NCBI GenBank assembly: GCA_913040915.1
Contig: CAJWHW010000005.1
Span: forward strand, 1-64,000
Direction: 5' to 3'
From: an uncultured Fidelibacterota bacterium
Lineage (GTDB): Bacteria > Fidelibacterota > Marinisomatia > Marinisomatales > UBA1611
DNA length: 64,000 nucleotides
Shown: positions 47,298-57,557 of the stretch, one piece after another
Layout of the letters: the number at the start of each line of letters is the position of its first letter
How positions within the stretch are numbered: the stretch's first letter is position 1
Notes under the pieces: model-generated
Seen by the model: the letters and a program-made list of their open reading frames with translations, nothing else
What the model was told of the DNA's origin: nothing
Databases searched by the model: none
Made by a program: the position numbers and the translations under genes

Positions 47298-48296
47298 ATG
47301 AAAGTAACTTTAAAACATATAGCTGAAGATACAGGATTATCAATCGCGACAGTCTCTCGCGCATTAAGTCGCGAAAAAAGAACTCATAGTTCTAATGAAG
47401 AACAAATTTTTTCATCAGCAAGAAAACTTGGATACCCTATTTTTATAAATTTACATACACCTTCCAAATTGCCTATATCGTTGGTAATAAAACTTTTTGA
47501 AGGTGAATTTTATGCATACTTATTAAATGGATTCTATCAAGCTGCTCATGAATACAATACAAAAATCAATTTACATGTTATAAAAGATGATGTTGACCCT
47601 GTCGATGATATTATTCAACTCAGTAAAAATCATAGTGGTATTTGTTTATTTCTACCTTCAATGACTGATGATGAATATGTCAATATAAAAGAAGGCGTTG
47701 GGCAATATCCTATTATATCTCTTTTACCATCAAAAAACCCTAAAATCGATACTGTATGTTTTGATTCCTATCGTGGTGGTTATATGATGGCTAAACATTT
47801 TGAAGAAAAAGGTTTTAAAAAGTTCGGTTATATTTCTGGGCCATCTAAGCGAGCAGATGCGTTATTTAGAAAAAATGGATTTTTAGACCATATAAATGAA
47901 AATGATGATTTGGAATTGGTATGGACTTATGAAGGTGATTTTACCACAACTTCAGGGAAAAAAGCTTTTAAAGCATTTAAAGAATTTGGTTTAAAAAATG
48001 TGGCTGTATTTGGCGGCAATGATTATGCCTGCTTTGGATTTATAAAAGCTGCAAATGACAATGGCTACAAAACCCCGGATGATTACATTATCGGCGGTTT
48101 TGACAATGTTTCTTTTTGTGAAAATTCCAATCCAGAATTAACATCAATTGCTACAGATTTTCATGAACTGGGTAAAAAATCAATTAAGACTATTGAAAAT
48201 ATTATAACAGAAAATGCTGATAGTATTGGACAAATATCTATGATCCCTGTTAAGATTATAATGAGAAACAGTTCCAATCCCATAAGCCAAACCTAA
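47298..48296 (+). CDS. LacI family transcriptional regulator
   Basis: VTLKHIA...GLSIATVSRAL HTH; periplasmic-binding-protein-like domain with R..GF, ND..A.G, P.D..I.GFDN, P.LTSI. Confidence 0.92.
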   Translation: MKVTLKHIAEDTGLSIATVSRALSREKRTHSSNEEQIFSSARKLGYPIFINLHTPSKLPISLVIKLFEGEFYAYLLNGFYQAAHEYNTKINLHVIKDDVDPVDDIIQLSKNHSGICLFLPSMTDDEYVNIKEGVGQYPIISLLPSKNPKIDTVCFDSYRGGYMMAKHFEEKGFKKFGYISGPSKRADALFRKNGFLDHINENDDLELVWTYEGDFTTTSGKKAFKAFKEFGLKNVAVFGGNDYACFGFIKAANDNGYKTPDDYIIGGFDNVSFCENSNPELTSIATDFHELGKKSIKTIENIITENADSIGQISMIPVKIIMRNSSNPISQT

Positions 48297-48308
48297 TTCT
48301 TTATTATA

Positions 48309-49592
48309 GTGTTTATTAAGCCCAAGTATATATCAGTTCTGGGTTACTTTTTTATCTTTTTTATTTTACATGCTGATTCTGGAAACAATACTGCTTTAGA
48401 TGACTGGAGTTTGATTTGGCAGGATGAATTTAATGACTCTACCATTAATACCGCTGATTGGGAATTTGATATAGGCACGGGTGCACCGGTTTTTGAAGCC
48501 TTTGGGGCCAGTTCTTCTGAGTTTTCACCGGAAGGTTTTCCCAAAGATAATTTTTCAGTACAATGGGATGGATATTTAAAAGTAAATAAGATAGGAAATT
48601 ATAAATTTTATATTATTGCTGACGATGGTGTCAGATTCTATTTGAATGACAGTCTCATAATTGATGAATGGCAACCCCAACCCGCAACAGAATTTACTAG
48701 TAAACTAAAACTCCGAGCGAATCAAGAATATAAAATTCGCATTGAATACTTTGAAGAAGGTGGAGGCGAAGCAATAATATTTGGGTGGGAATCTAATTCA
48801 TTTCCTAAAAGTCTTATTACTAGTAACAATCTGGTGACAAGCACCGGAGAGCCAGGACTAAAAGGAACATATTACCCAAATAAATCACTAAAACTTGCAA
48901 AAAACCAGAAACCCTTTATCCGAATAGATAAAGAATTAAACTGGGTAACAACAAGCGGTGGTTGGGGAAACAATGAATCACAATACTATACAGATAACCC
49001 AAATAATGTAAGAATTGAAGATGGCAAATTAATTATCGAAGCAAAAAATGAATATTATAAAGGTTCGAATTATACTTCAGCTAGAATCAAAACAAAAAAA
49101 AGTTGGAAGTATGGACGCGTTGAGATTAGAGCGAAGCTACCTTCAGGCATAGGCACCTGGTGTGCACTGTGGGCTCTTCCTACGGATTGGACTTACGGAC
49201 CTTGGCCTCATAGTGGTGAAATTGATATATTAGAACATGTGGGATTTAATGAGGGAGAAATTATTGGTTCGGTGCATACTTCAGCAAACTCCGGCGACTT
49301 ATATGGGACCGATCAGCAAGGTAAAATCAAAATTCCAAATGCTTGTAAAGAATTCAATAATTATATCTTAGAATGGCAAGATGATGAAATAGCTGTTTCA
49401 GTAAATAATAAGAAGTTTTTCAAATACTCTAAACAGAATCGTCCATGGAAAAAATGGCCTTTTGACCAAAATTTTCATTTAATACTTAATATTGCGATTG
49501 GTGGCTCGTGGGGCGGCGCTAAAGGTATTGATGATAATGCCTTTCCCACAAAGATGGAAGTCGATTACGTGAGAGTTTATACTCACAATTAA
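48309..49592 (+). CDS. GH16 beta-1,3-glucanase with inserted PA14 domain
   Basis: WQDEFN...WEFDIGTG-[insert]-GWGNNESQYYT, YTSARIKT, YGRVEIRAKLP, GEIDILEH; insert carries DNFSVQW.G, ADDGVR, IRIEYFE. Confidence 0.9.
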   Translation: MFIKPKYISVLGYFFIFFILHADSGNNTALDDWSLIWQDEFNDSTINTADWEFDIGTGAPVFEAFGASSSEFSPEGFPKDNFSVQWDGYLKVNKIGNYKFYIIADDGVRFYLNDSLIIDEWQPQPATEFTSKLKLRANQEYKIRIEYFEEGGGEAIIFGWESNSFPKSLITSNNLVTSTGEPGLKGTYYPNKSLKLAKNQKPFIRIDKELNWVTTSGGWGNNESQYYTDNPNNVRIEDGKLIIEAKNEYYKGSNYTSARIKTKKSWKYGRVEIRAKLPSGIGTWCALWALPTDWTYGPWPHSGEIDILEHVGFNEGEIIGSVHTSANSGDLYGTDQQGKIKIPNACKEFNNYILEWQDDEIAVSVNNKKFFKYSKQNRPWKKWPFDQNFHLILNIAIGGSWGGAKGIDDNAFPTKMEVDYVRVYTHN

Positions 49593-49607
49593 TTTTACAT
49601 TATAGAT

Positions 49608-51260
49608 ATGGAATTTATAAAAACACCTTTTCTTATCATTCTAAGTTTTTTTCTAATTAATGGGTGCGGTGATAAACAAGGAATAAATAATCGAGACGGA
49701 CTTATAATATATCAGGAGCCTCAAATATCTTGGGTACGGAACTTTAATCCATTAAGCCCTGCAGGTTCCGCCCGTTGGCCAACATCAGGTGGTATTTATG
49801 AACCACTATTTATTTACAACTCCATGTCTGGAGAATTTGTACCCTGGCTTGCACTCAATTATGAATGGGAAAAAGAGAATAAAGTTTTAAAGATGTCAAT
49901 CCGTAGAGAAGTAAAATGGTCTGATGGAAAACCGTTCTCTGCACAAGATGTGGCCTTCACGTTTAATATTAAACGGAAACATCGTGCTCTGGATACCAGG
50001 GACTCTTGGGGTTATTTGGAGGAAGTGGTAGCAAAATCAGATACAAGTGTGAGTTTTGAATTCAAACGTGTTTATGTACCTGGGTTTGACGCAATTGCGA
50101 CACAATCAATTATTCCAAAGCATATCTGGAATAAAATTGAAGACCCTGTAAAGTTTACCAATCCAGATCCGATTGGGACTGGACCCTTCACGGAAATTAT
50201 TCGATTTGATAATCAATTATGGGAACTTGGAAAAAATCCAAATTACTGGCAAAAAGGAAAGCCTCATATAGAGAAACTCATTTTTCCAGCCTTCCCCAAC
50301 AACGAACAGGTCACCCTTGCATTACTCAGCGGTAAATTGGATTGGGCAGGTGCCTTTATTCCCGCTATTGAGCGTGTCTTTGTCTCAAAAGATACTGAGC
50401 ATCACAAATATTGGTTTCCATTGACGGGCCATACAACTTTTCTTCATACCAATACAAAAGATCCCATACTTAATGATGTAAGAGTACGAAAAGCAATCAG
50501 TCACTCTATAGACCGTAATCTTGTTGTTAAGGTTGGGATGTACAATTATACAAAGCCAGCACATGTTTCAGGTATATCGGGCCCAATGTCTAAATGGCGT
50601 TCACCGCATATAAATCAAAAAGAAGACTGGACTATCTATTCCCCTGAAAAGGCAAATCAACTTTTGAATGATTCTGGTTTTTATCAAAAGAAATCTGGGT
50701 TTAGATATAATCAGAGCGGGCAGGCTCTGGAATTGGATATTATCATTGTATCAGGTTGGAGTGATTGGATTAGATCTGCACAAGTCATAAGTCAGAATCT
50801 TAAGAATATCGGAATAAAAGCGAATGTGAAAACTTATGATTTTGGCACCTGGATAAGCCGTATGCAAAAAGGCGAATTCCAATTAGCAATCGGGTGGGGC
50901 GAAAAAGGAGCAACACCATATCCAATGTATAAAGGGATGATGGCTTCCGAATATTTACAGCCTATTGGAGAAATTGCCGATGTAAATTGGCACCGATTTA
51001 GTCTGGCTGCTGCAGATTCACTGTTTAGAAAATATGAAACGACATCCGATCCAACGGAAATAAAAGAAATCATATACGAATTACAAAATTTATTTGTAGA
51101 GCAAGCACCATCAATCCCGCTTTTTGCTGAACCATCTTGGGCTGAGTGTAATACAAAATTTTTCAAAAATTTTCCTAGTGCTGAAAATCCATATGCCACC
51201 TTATCCCCAAATTATTCCCCTGAACAGCTTTTCGTTTTGGTAAACGTAGAAAATCGATGA
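49608..51260 (+). CDS. ABC transporter substrate-binding protein, family 5 (oligosaccharide-binding type), lipoprotein
   Basis: Lipobox INGC; NFNP, IYEPLF, PWLA, KWSDGKPFSA.DV.FTF, PIGTGPF, GWSDW. Confidence 0.88.
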   Translation: MEFIKTPFLIILSFFLINGCGDKQGINNRDGLIIYQEPQISWVRNFNPLSPAGSARWPTSGGIYEPLFIYNSMSGEFVPWLALNYEWEKENKVLKMSIRREVKWSDGKPFSAQDVAFTFNIKRKHRALDTRDSWGYLEEVVAKSDTSVSFEFKRVYVPGFDAIATQSIIPKHIWNKIEDPVKFTNPDPIGTGPFTEIIRFDNQLWELGKNPNYWQKGKPHIEKLIFPAFPNNEQVTLALLSGKLDWAGAFIPAIERVFVSKDTEHHKYWFPLTGHTTFLHTNTKDPILNDVRVRKAISHSIDRNLVVKVGMYNYTKPAHVSGISGPMSKWRSPHINQKEDWTIYSPEKANQLLNDSGFYQKKSGFRYNQSGQALELDIIIVSGWSDWIRSAQVISQNLKNIGIKANVKTYDFGTWISRMQKGEFQLAIGWGEKGATPYPMYKGMMASEYLQPIGEIADVNWHRFSLAAADSLFRKYETTSDPTEIKEIIYELQNLFVEQAPSIPLFAEPSWAECNTKFFKNFPSAENPYATLSPNYSPEQLFVLVNVENR

Positions 51261-52243
51261 ATCAATCATTAAATTACCTGCTACGGCGATTAGGGTTTTA
51301 TCTCGTGGCAGCATGGGCAGCTTTAACACTTAATTTTTTTATTCCTAGGTTAATGCCAGGCGATCCAGCTGCGATCATTTTTGCCAGATTTCGAGGAAAA
51401 CTTAAACCAGAAGCAATAGACGCTCTTCGCGAAACCTTTGGCTTAACGAATGAGCCTTTGCTGGGGCAATATTGGTCCTATTTGAAAAGTATGCTAATTG
51501 GAGATTTAGGCATTTCTATCGCTTATTTCCCTGAGCCGGTAACGAATATAATCTCTAATGCACTTCTATGGACAATTTTCCTCGCGGGAGTTTCCCTTAT
51601 CATATCTTTTTCCATAGGAACCCTTTTAGGAACTTTTATTGCGTGGAATAGAAGTAGGAAATTAGACTCCGCACTCCCGCCTATTCTTGCATTTATAGGC
51701 GCATTTCCATATTTCTGGCTAGCAATGCTTACATTGTATGTTTTTGGTTTTGAACTGAATTGGTTCCCTCTCGGACATGCATATGGGGAAAATGTAACTC
51801 CAGGGTTTAACGTACCATTTATTTTAAGTGTTCTGCATCATGCCGCACTTCCCGCTCTAACTATGATACTGGTTAGCCTTGGTGGTTGGATGCTTTCAAT
51901 GCGAAATATTATGATTACTACTTTAGGAGCAGATTATATTTCTTTTGCACATGCAAAGGGGCTCCCCTCTTTACAAATAATGCTGTGCTATGCAGCAAGA
52001 AATGCAATCTTACCAAATTTAACTGGTTTTGGAATGGCATTAGGATTCGTTCTTAGTGGAGCCTTATTAACAGAAATTATTTTTTCTTATCCGGGGCAGG
52101 GATATTTGCTGCTGCAGGCAGTCAGAGCTCAGGATTTCCCGCTTATGCAAGGACTGTTCATGACAATTACATTTGCAGTCTTGGCTGCAAACTGGATGGT
52201 TGATATTGCTATCCTGATATTTGATCCAAGGACAAGGAAATAG
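51257..52243 (+). CDS. ABC transporter permease (DppB/OppB-like)
   Basis: PRLMPGDP, GDLG.S, A.AKGL, RNA.LP, E..FSYPG.G, DPR. Confidence 0.92.
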   Translation: MNQSLNYLLRRLGFYLVAAWAALTLNFFIPRLMPGDPAAIIFARFRGKLKPEAIDALRETFGLTNEPLLGQYWSYLKSMLIGDLGISIAYFPEPVTNIISNALLWTIFLAGVSLIISFSIGTLLGTFIAWNRSRKLDSALPPILAFIGAFPYFWLAMLTLYVFGFELNWFPLGHAYGENVTPGFNVPFILSVLHHAALPALTMILVSLGGWMLSMRNIMITTLGADYISFAHAKGLPSLQIMLCYAARNAILPNLTGFGMALGFVLSGALLTEIIFSYPGQGYLLLQAVRAQDFPLMQGLFMTITFAVLAANWMVDIAILIFDPRTRK

Positions 52244-52250
52244 ACAAAGT

Positions 52251-53180
52251 ATGAATTATTCACAAGATAGTATTTTTGTCCGTTGGATCATAGGCATTAT
52301 TCAAAACCAAAAAGCAAAAACAGGTGCAATTATTATTTTTACTTTTATTTTTCTAGCAATATTGGGGCCTATTTTCTCTAAGGACTCCAGCGCATTTTTA
52401 AGTACACCACTATCTCCTCCATCATGGGAGCACCTACTTGGAACCAATGGTCAAGGTCAAGATGTTTTGGCCCAGACAATTTCCGGATCACGACAAACTT
52501 TACTTGTTGGTTTCTCCACAGGGTTTCTGGTTGTTTTAATCGGTGCACTGATTGGTGGTATATCTGGATACTATGGAGGGCGAATAGATGATTTTTTATC
52601 TCTTCTGATTAATGTTTTTCTTGTTATGCCCGGTTTACCACTTATGGTAATCCTCGCAAGTTGGCTCCCGCCAGGTCCTGCAACATTAACCGGTGTTTTG
52701 GTGCTTACAGGATGGGCTTGGAACGCACGTATCATTCGTTCTCAAATGATGACATTTCGAAGTCGTGATTTCGTTTCATCAGCAATTATTAGCGGAGAAA
52801 GAAATATCAGAATTATTATTGTTGAAATTATGCCGAGGATGCTATCTCTGCTTGCATCTTCCTTTATAGGTGCATCTATTTATGCCATAGGCGCACAAGT
52901 AGGATTGGAATTTTTGGGATTGGGTGATGTAAGTACAGTTACATGGGGAACAAACTTATACTGGGCAAGTAACGATATGGCTTTACTTACCGGTTCATGG
53001 TGGACTTTTGTACCGACTGGGTTGAGCATTGCCATCGTTAGTTTTGCTCTGACTTTAATCAATTTTGGGATTGATGAAGTAACCAATCCTCGCTTGATTG
53101 CGGAGCGTGTATGGCGTGAAAATATTCCAATAAATAAAATTGTTAATGGAATAACTCCTGTTTTGAAAGAACATGAATAA
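52251..53180 (+). CDS. ABC transporter permease (DppC/OppC-like)
   Basis: PPS..H.LGT..G.D, W...ARIIR, L.FLGLG, WG, NPRL; ATG 52251 preferred. Confidence 0.92.
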   Translation: MNYSQDSIFVRWIIGIIQNQKAKTGAIIIFTFIFLAILGPIFSKDSSAFLSTPLSPPSWEHLLGTNGQGQDVLAQTISGSRQTLLVGFSTGFLVVLIGALIGGISGYYGGRIDDFLSLLINVFLVMPGLPLMVILASWLPPGPATLTGVLVLTGWAWNARIIRSQMMTFRSRDFVSSAIISGERNIRIIIVEIMPRMLSLLASSFIGASIYAIGAQVGLEFLGLGDVSTVTWGTNLYWASNDMALLTGSWWTFVPTGLSIAIVSFALTLINFGIDEVTNPRLIAERVWRENIPINKIVNGITPVLKEHE

Positions 53181-54837
53181 ATCTCTGCTCACTGTAGACA
53201 ATCTTTCTGTGAACTATATCACTACTGATAAGCCGGTAAAAGCAGTGAATGATGTCTCTTTTGCAATAAACCAGGGTGAAATTTTTGGTCTGGTAGGAGA
53301 ATCCGGAAGTGGAAAGAGCACTGTAATTCAGGCAATACTCCGTACTCTTCCCCCTCCTGCAGTGATTACGGACGGTAAGGTTATTTTCAATGGTAAGGAC
53401 ATCCTTTCTATTTCAAATACTGAAGTATTAAAATATCGTTGGAAAGAAATTTCTATCGTTATGCAGAGTGCTCTTAATGCCTTAAACCCTGTTTTAACAA
53501 TAAGCGAACAAATCAAAGATATATTAAAAGAACATAGTAATCTAAAAGGGGACGCGGCGCAGGACCGTACAAAGGAATTATTGTCTTTAATTGATATTGA
53601 CAAAAGTCGATTAGATAGTTACCCACATCAATTATCCGGAGGGATGAGACAAAGAGTCGTCATTGCCATTGCCCTAGCGCTCATGCCGCCACTCATTGTC
53701 ATGGATGAGCCAACAACTGCACTTGATGTGATAGTAGAACGTGAAATTCTCACAAAAATCATTCAGTTGCAGAAAGAGCTTGGTTTTACAATCCTATTTA
53801 TTACCCATGACCTCAACCTATTATTGGAATTTGCTAATAGGGTTGCAATTATGAAAAATGGGGAATTAGTGGAAATGGATGAAGCACAAATGATACGTAA
53901 CGGTGGTAAACATAAATACACCCAAAAATTAATTGGATCCCTACCGTCTGCGTCAGGACCGCGACAGCCAGGACTACTTTCAAAACCAGAAAATCTTTCT
54001 TTTGGAAAACAACCCATTTTGGAGGTTCAAAACCTTTATAAGAGCTTCAGTGAATCTGGAATCTTTACTTCAAGATCGATTGATGTTGTTAAAAATGTAT
54101 CATTCAAAATTTATCGTGGCGAAATCATTGGTCTGGTAGGTGAATCTGGAAGTGGCAAAAGCACAATCGCAAAGCTAATTGCCCGGTTAATTCGACCAAC
54201 ATCGGGTAACATCATTTTAAACGGCTCAAATAAAAAAGTTACTGAAGCCCAAAAAGTATCCTTGGAATATAGAAAACAAGTACAGATGGTATTTCAGGAT
54301 CCATTTGGATCATTGAACTCTGTTCATACAGTATTTCATCATCTAGCTAGACCTTTAATAAGACATCGCTTAGTATCTAAACAAAATCTTATTCAGTCAA
54401 TTATAGAAATTCTTGAGACCGTAGGTTTAAAACCTGGCGCAGCATTTGCAAGTAGATTCCCTCACGAGATGTCTGGCGGCGAACGTCAACGTGTAGCAAT
54501 AGCACGAGCACTCAGTCTAAACCCTGAATTGATCATAGCAGACGAACCTACATCTATGTTGGATGTATCCATCCGTATGGAAATTTTAGAAATTTTTGCT
54601 CGTATGCGTATTGAAAAAAATCTTACAATTATATTTATCACACATGACCTAGCTTCAGCCAGATACCTTGCTGACAGAGTTATTGTCCTTCATAAAGGAT
54701 CAATTGTTGAAGAAAATATAGCAGAAGAACTGATACAATCACCGAAGGAAGAATACACAAAACAGTTAATTAAAGCAGCCTCACCAGGCTGGTTAGAGAA
54801 TTTATCATTAAATGATGGAGATATGAGTGATGTATAA
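53173..54837 (+). CDS. Fused double ABC ATPase (DppD/F-like)
   Basis: Two GESGSGKST Walker A motifs, YPHQLSGGMRQR and FPHEMSGGERQR, two DEPT. Confidence 0.93.
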   Translation: MNKSLLTVDNLSVNYITTDKPVKAVNDVSFAINQGEIFGLVGESGSGKSTVIQAILRTLPPPAVITDGKVIFNGKDILSISNTEVLKYRWKEISIVMQSALNALNPVLTISEQIKDILKEHSNLKGDAAQDRTKELLSLIDIDKSRLDSYPHQLSGGMRQRVVIAIALALMPPLIVMDEPTTALDVIVEREILTKIIQLQKELGFTILFITHDLNLLLEFANRVAIMKNGELVEMDEAQMIRNGGKHKYTQKLIGSLPSASGPRQPGLLSKPENLSFGKQPILEVQNLYKSFSESGIFTSRSIDVVKNVSFKIYRGEIIGLVGESGSGKSTIAKLIARLIRPTSGNIILNGSNKKVTEAQKVSLEYRKQVQMVFQDPFGSLNSVHTVFHHLARPLIRHRLVSKQNLIQSIIEILETVGLKPGAAFASRFPHEMSGGERQRVAIARALSLNPELIIADEPTSMLDVSIRMEILEIFARMRIEKNLTIIFITHDLASARYLADRVIVLHKGSIVEENIAEELIQSPKEEYTKQLIKAASPGWLENLSLNDGDMSDV

Positions 54838-56203
54838 AGAAAATACATTTCCGAAAAATTTTATATGGGGAGTAGCCACATCAAGCTATCAAATTGAAGG
54901 TGCGCCTACAGTTGGCGGTAAGGGCCCTTCTGTTTGGGATACTTTCAGTCACAGTCCGGGAAAGATTAAAAATAACGATAATGGTGATATCGCCTGCAAT
55001 CATTATGAGCTATGGCCGGAAGATATAGCTATAATGAAGGAATTGGGTATCAATGCGTATCGCTTTTCTATAAGCTGGCCAAGAATATTTCCTACGGGAA
55101 GTGAAAGTAAACCGAATCAGTCTGGATTGGATTTTTATAGCAAATTAGTTGATGCACTTCTTGAGAATAATATCACCCCTTTTATTACTTTAAACCACTG
55201 GGATATTCCTCAAGGGCTGGAAGATAACGGTGGCTGGCCAAATAGAGAGATTGTAAATGAATTTGTTAAGTACAGTTACCACACAAGTAAACATTTAGGA
55301 GATAGGGTAAAATTTTGGATTACCCATAATGAGCCTTGGTGTGTAAGTTATCTAGGATATGTAATAGGTCGTAAACCACCTGGACAAATTCAAAATTGGT
55401 CAAAAAGTCTGGCTGCCGCACATCATTTAATACTTTCCCACGGAATGGCTATCCCTGAGATAAGAAAGAACTCGAATAACTCACAAGTGGGTATCACTCT
55501 TAATTTGAATACAGCAATTCCTGCTTCGACCAGCAAATACGATGAAGATGCATGCAGATTTTACGATGGTCAATTTAACCGTCTATATCTTGACCCGCTT
55601 TATAAGAAAGAATACCCCGGCGATGTATTTGAATATCTCCATTCCCGGAATTTAATCTCTGAATCAGACCTTAATTATATCCAAGATGGTGATTTGAACG
55701 TCATTTCAACTAAAACAGATTTTTTAGGAGTTAACTACTATAGCAGAGCAGTTATTCGAAATGAAGAAATTGACGAAAAAAAGAACTATCCAAGAAATGT
55801 GAAAATCAAGGAAAAAACAGAATTCGGCTGGGAAATTTATCCTGCAGGTATTTACGACTTACTTATGAGACTGAAAAATGAATACAATATAAATAATATT
55901 TATATTACTGAGAATGGATGCTCCTATGGAGACGGCCCAAACGCAGAAGGTAAAATAAATGATGTTAAACGAATTGAGTACTATGATTCACACCTTAAAG
56001 AACTCAACAGAGCAATTATAGATGGTGCCCAATGCAACGGCTACTTTGCATGGTCACTTATGGATAATTTTGAATGGGCAGAAGGATTCAGTCAAAGATT
56101 TGGTTTGGTTTGGGTTGACTTTGACACATTGGAACGAATCCCAAAAGACAGCTATTATTGGTATCAAAAGTTCATTTCATCAAATGGAATGGAAGTAAAA
56201 TAA
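54827..56203 (+). CDS. GH1 beta-glucosidase
   Basis: FP..F.WGVATSSYQIEG, YRFSISWPRI, HNEP (acid/base), ITENG (nucleophile), WSLMDNFEW; no signal peptide. Confidence 0.95.
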   Translation: MMYKENTFPKNFIWGVATSSYQIEGAPTVGGKGPSVWDTFSHSPGKIKNNDNGDIACNHYELWPEDIAIMKELGINAYRFSISWPRIFPTGSESKPNQSGLDFYSKLVDALLENNITPFITLNHWDIPQGLEDNGGWPNREIVNEFVKYSYHTSKHLGDRVKFWITHNEPWCVSYLGYVIGRKPPGQIQNWSKSLAAAHHLILSHGMAIPEIRKNSNNSQVGITLNLNTAIPASTSKYDEDACRFYDGQFNRLYLDPLYKKEYPGDVFEYLHSRNLISESDLNYIQDGDLNVISTKTDFLGVNYYSRAVIRNEEIDEKKNYPRNVKIKEKTEFGWEIYPAGIYDLLMRLKNEYNINNIYITENGCSYGDGPNAEGKINDVKRIEYYDSHLKELNRAIIDGAQCNGYFAWSLMDNFEWAEGFSQRFGLVWVDFDTLERIPKDSYYWYQKFISSNGMEVK

Positions 56204-57556
56204 ATGTCAGAAAAACCAAAAGAAGCAATATCTGTTTTTATCACGATAAAGGATACTGGGGAAAAAATTGAGCAAATTGATCTGTCCCGCTTAATTACGG
56301 AGAAAAATGAAGATTTTGGCACCATCCTAATAAATAAACATCAGGCCAAACAAAAAATTCTGGGCTTTGGCGGAGCTTTCACTGAAGCGGCTGCAAGTGT
56401 TTACGACAAACTAGATGATGAAAAAAAAGATGAAATTATTCAAGCATATTTCGGGGTAGATGGAAATGGCTATACCATGGGAAGGACCCATATTAACAGC
56501 TGTGATTTTTCACTTGGAAATTATTCATATTGCGATACTCCCCGAGATATAGAATTGCAAAGTTTTTCAATATCGAGAGATAGAAAACTATTAATCCCCT
56601 TTATAAAAGATGCCCTAGAAGTAACAAAAATACCACTAAAACTACTGGCATCTCCCTGGAGCCCGCCACCATGGATGAAAACGAATGGAGAAATGAACCA
56701 CGGAGGAAAGTTAAAAAAAGAATACCGTGATGTATGGGCCCAATACTACTGTAAATATATCAATGCATATGAAAAAGAAGAAATTCCGATTTGGGGTATC
56801 TCTATCCAGAACGAACCAGAAGCAAAACAAATTTGGGATTCCTGCCTCTATACCGGCGATGAAGAGCGTGATTTTATTCGTGATTCTTTAGGACCTGCAT
56901 TAGAAAAGAATAAACTACTGCATAAAAACATTATCATATGGGATCATAACCGTGATGTTATGGTAGAGAGAGCCCGAGCTATATTAAATGATCATGAAGC
57001 AGCAAAATATGTCTGGGGAACCGGCTTCCACTGGTATAATGGTGATAATTTTGACGAAGTGCAAAAGGTTCATGATGAATTTCCAGGTAAAAAGCTAATA
57101 TTTACTGAAGGCTGCCAGGAAAATGGGCCACATCTTGGTTCCTGGGATTTAGGAGAACGTTATGCCACTTCAATTATAAATGATTTAAACCGTTGGACAG
57201 TGGCTTGGATTGATTGGAATCTGATTTTAAATGAAAACGGAGGCCCGAATCATGTCGGGAATTACTGCAGTGCTCCAATTATTGTAGATACAAAAACACA
57301 GGATATAATGTACCAAAGTTCTTTCTATTATATGGGCCATTTTTCACGGTTCATAAAACGAGGGCACAGAATTATTGTATCGGAAAATAAGACAGAAAAT
57401 CTGTTGGTACTGGCTGCAATTAATGATACAGGAAGTACAACCCTAATCCTTATGAATAAAAATAGTGCCACTGAGAATTGTAATTATAAAGATGGAAATA
57501 TTGATATCAGTTTATCCATCCCTGCCAGATCTATCGTGACTATGGTAAGTAATTAG
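56204..57556 (+). CDS. GH30 glycoside hydrolase (glucosylceramidase-like; probable beta-1,6-glucan debranching)
   Basis: Q.I.GFGGAFT, SCDFS, ASPWSPP.WMKTN, QNEP, FHWY, FTEGC, DWNL, GHFS; no signal peptide. Confidence 0.9.
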   Translation: MSEKPKEAISVFITIKDTGEKIEQIDLSRLITEKNEDFGTILINKHQAKQKILGFGGAFTEAAASVYDKLDDEKKDEIIQAYFGVDGNGYTMGRTHINSCDFSLGNYSYCDTPRDIELQSFSISRDRKLLIPFIKDALEVTKIPLKLLASPWSPPPWMKTNGEMNHGGKLKKEYRDVWAQYYCKYINAYEKEEIPIWGISIQNEPEAKQIWDSCLYTGDEERDFIRDSLGPALEKNKLLHKNIIIWDHNRDVMVERARAILNDHEAAKYVWGTGFHWYNGDNFDEVQKVHDEFPGKKLIFTEGCQENGPHLGSWDLGERYATSIINDLNRWTVAWIDWNLILNENGGPNHVGNYCSAPIIVDTKTQDIMYQSSFYYMGHFSRFIKRGHRIIVSENKTENLLVLAAINDTGSTTLILMNKNSATENCNYKDGNIDISLSIPARSIVTMVSN

Positions 57557-57557
57557 A

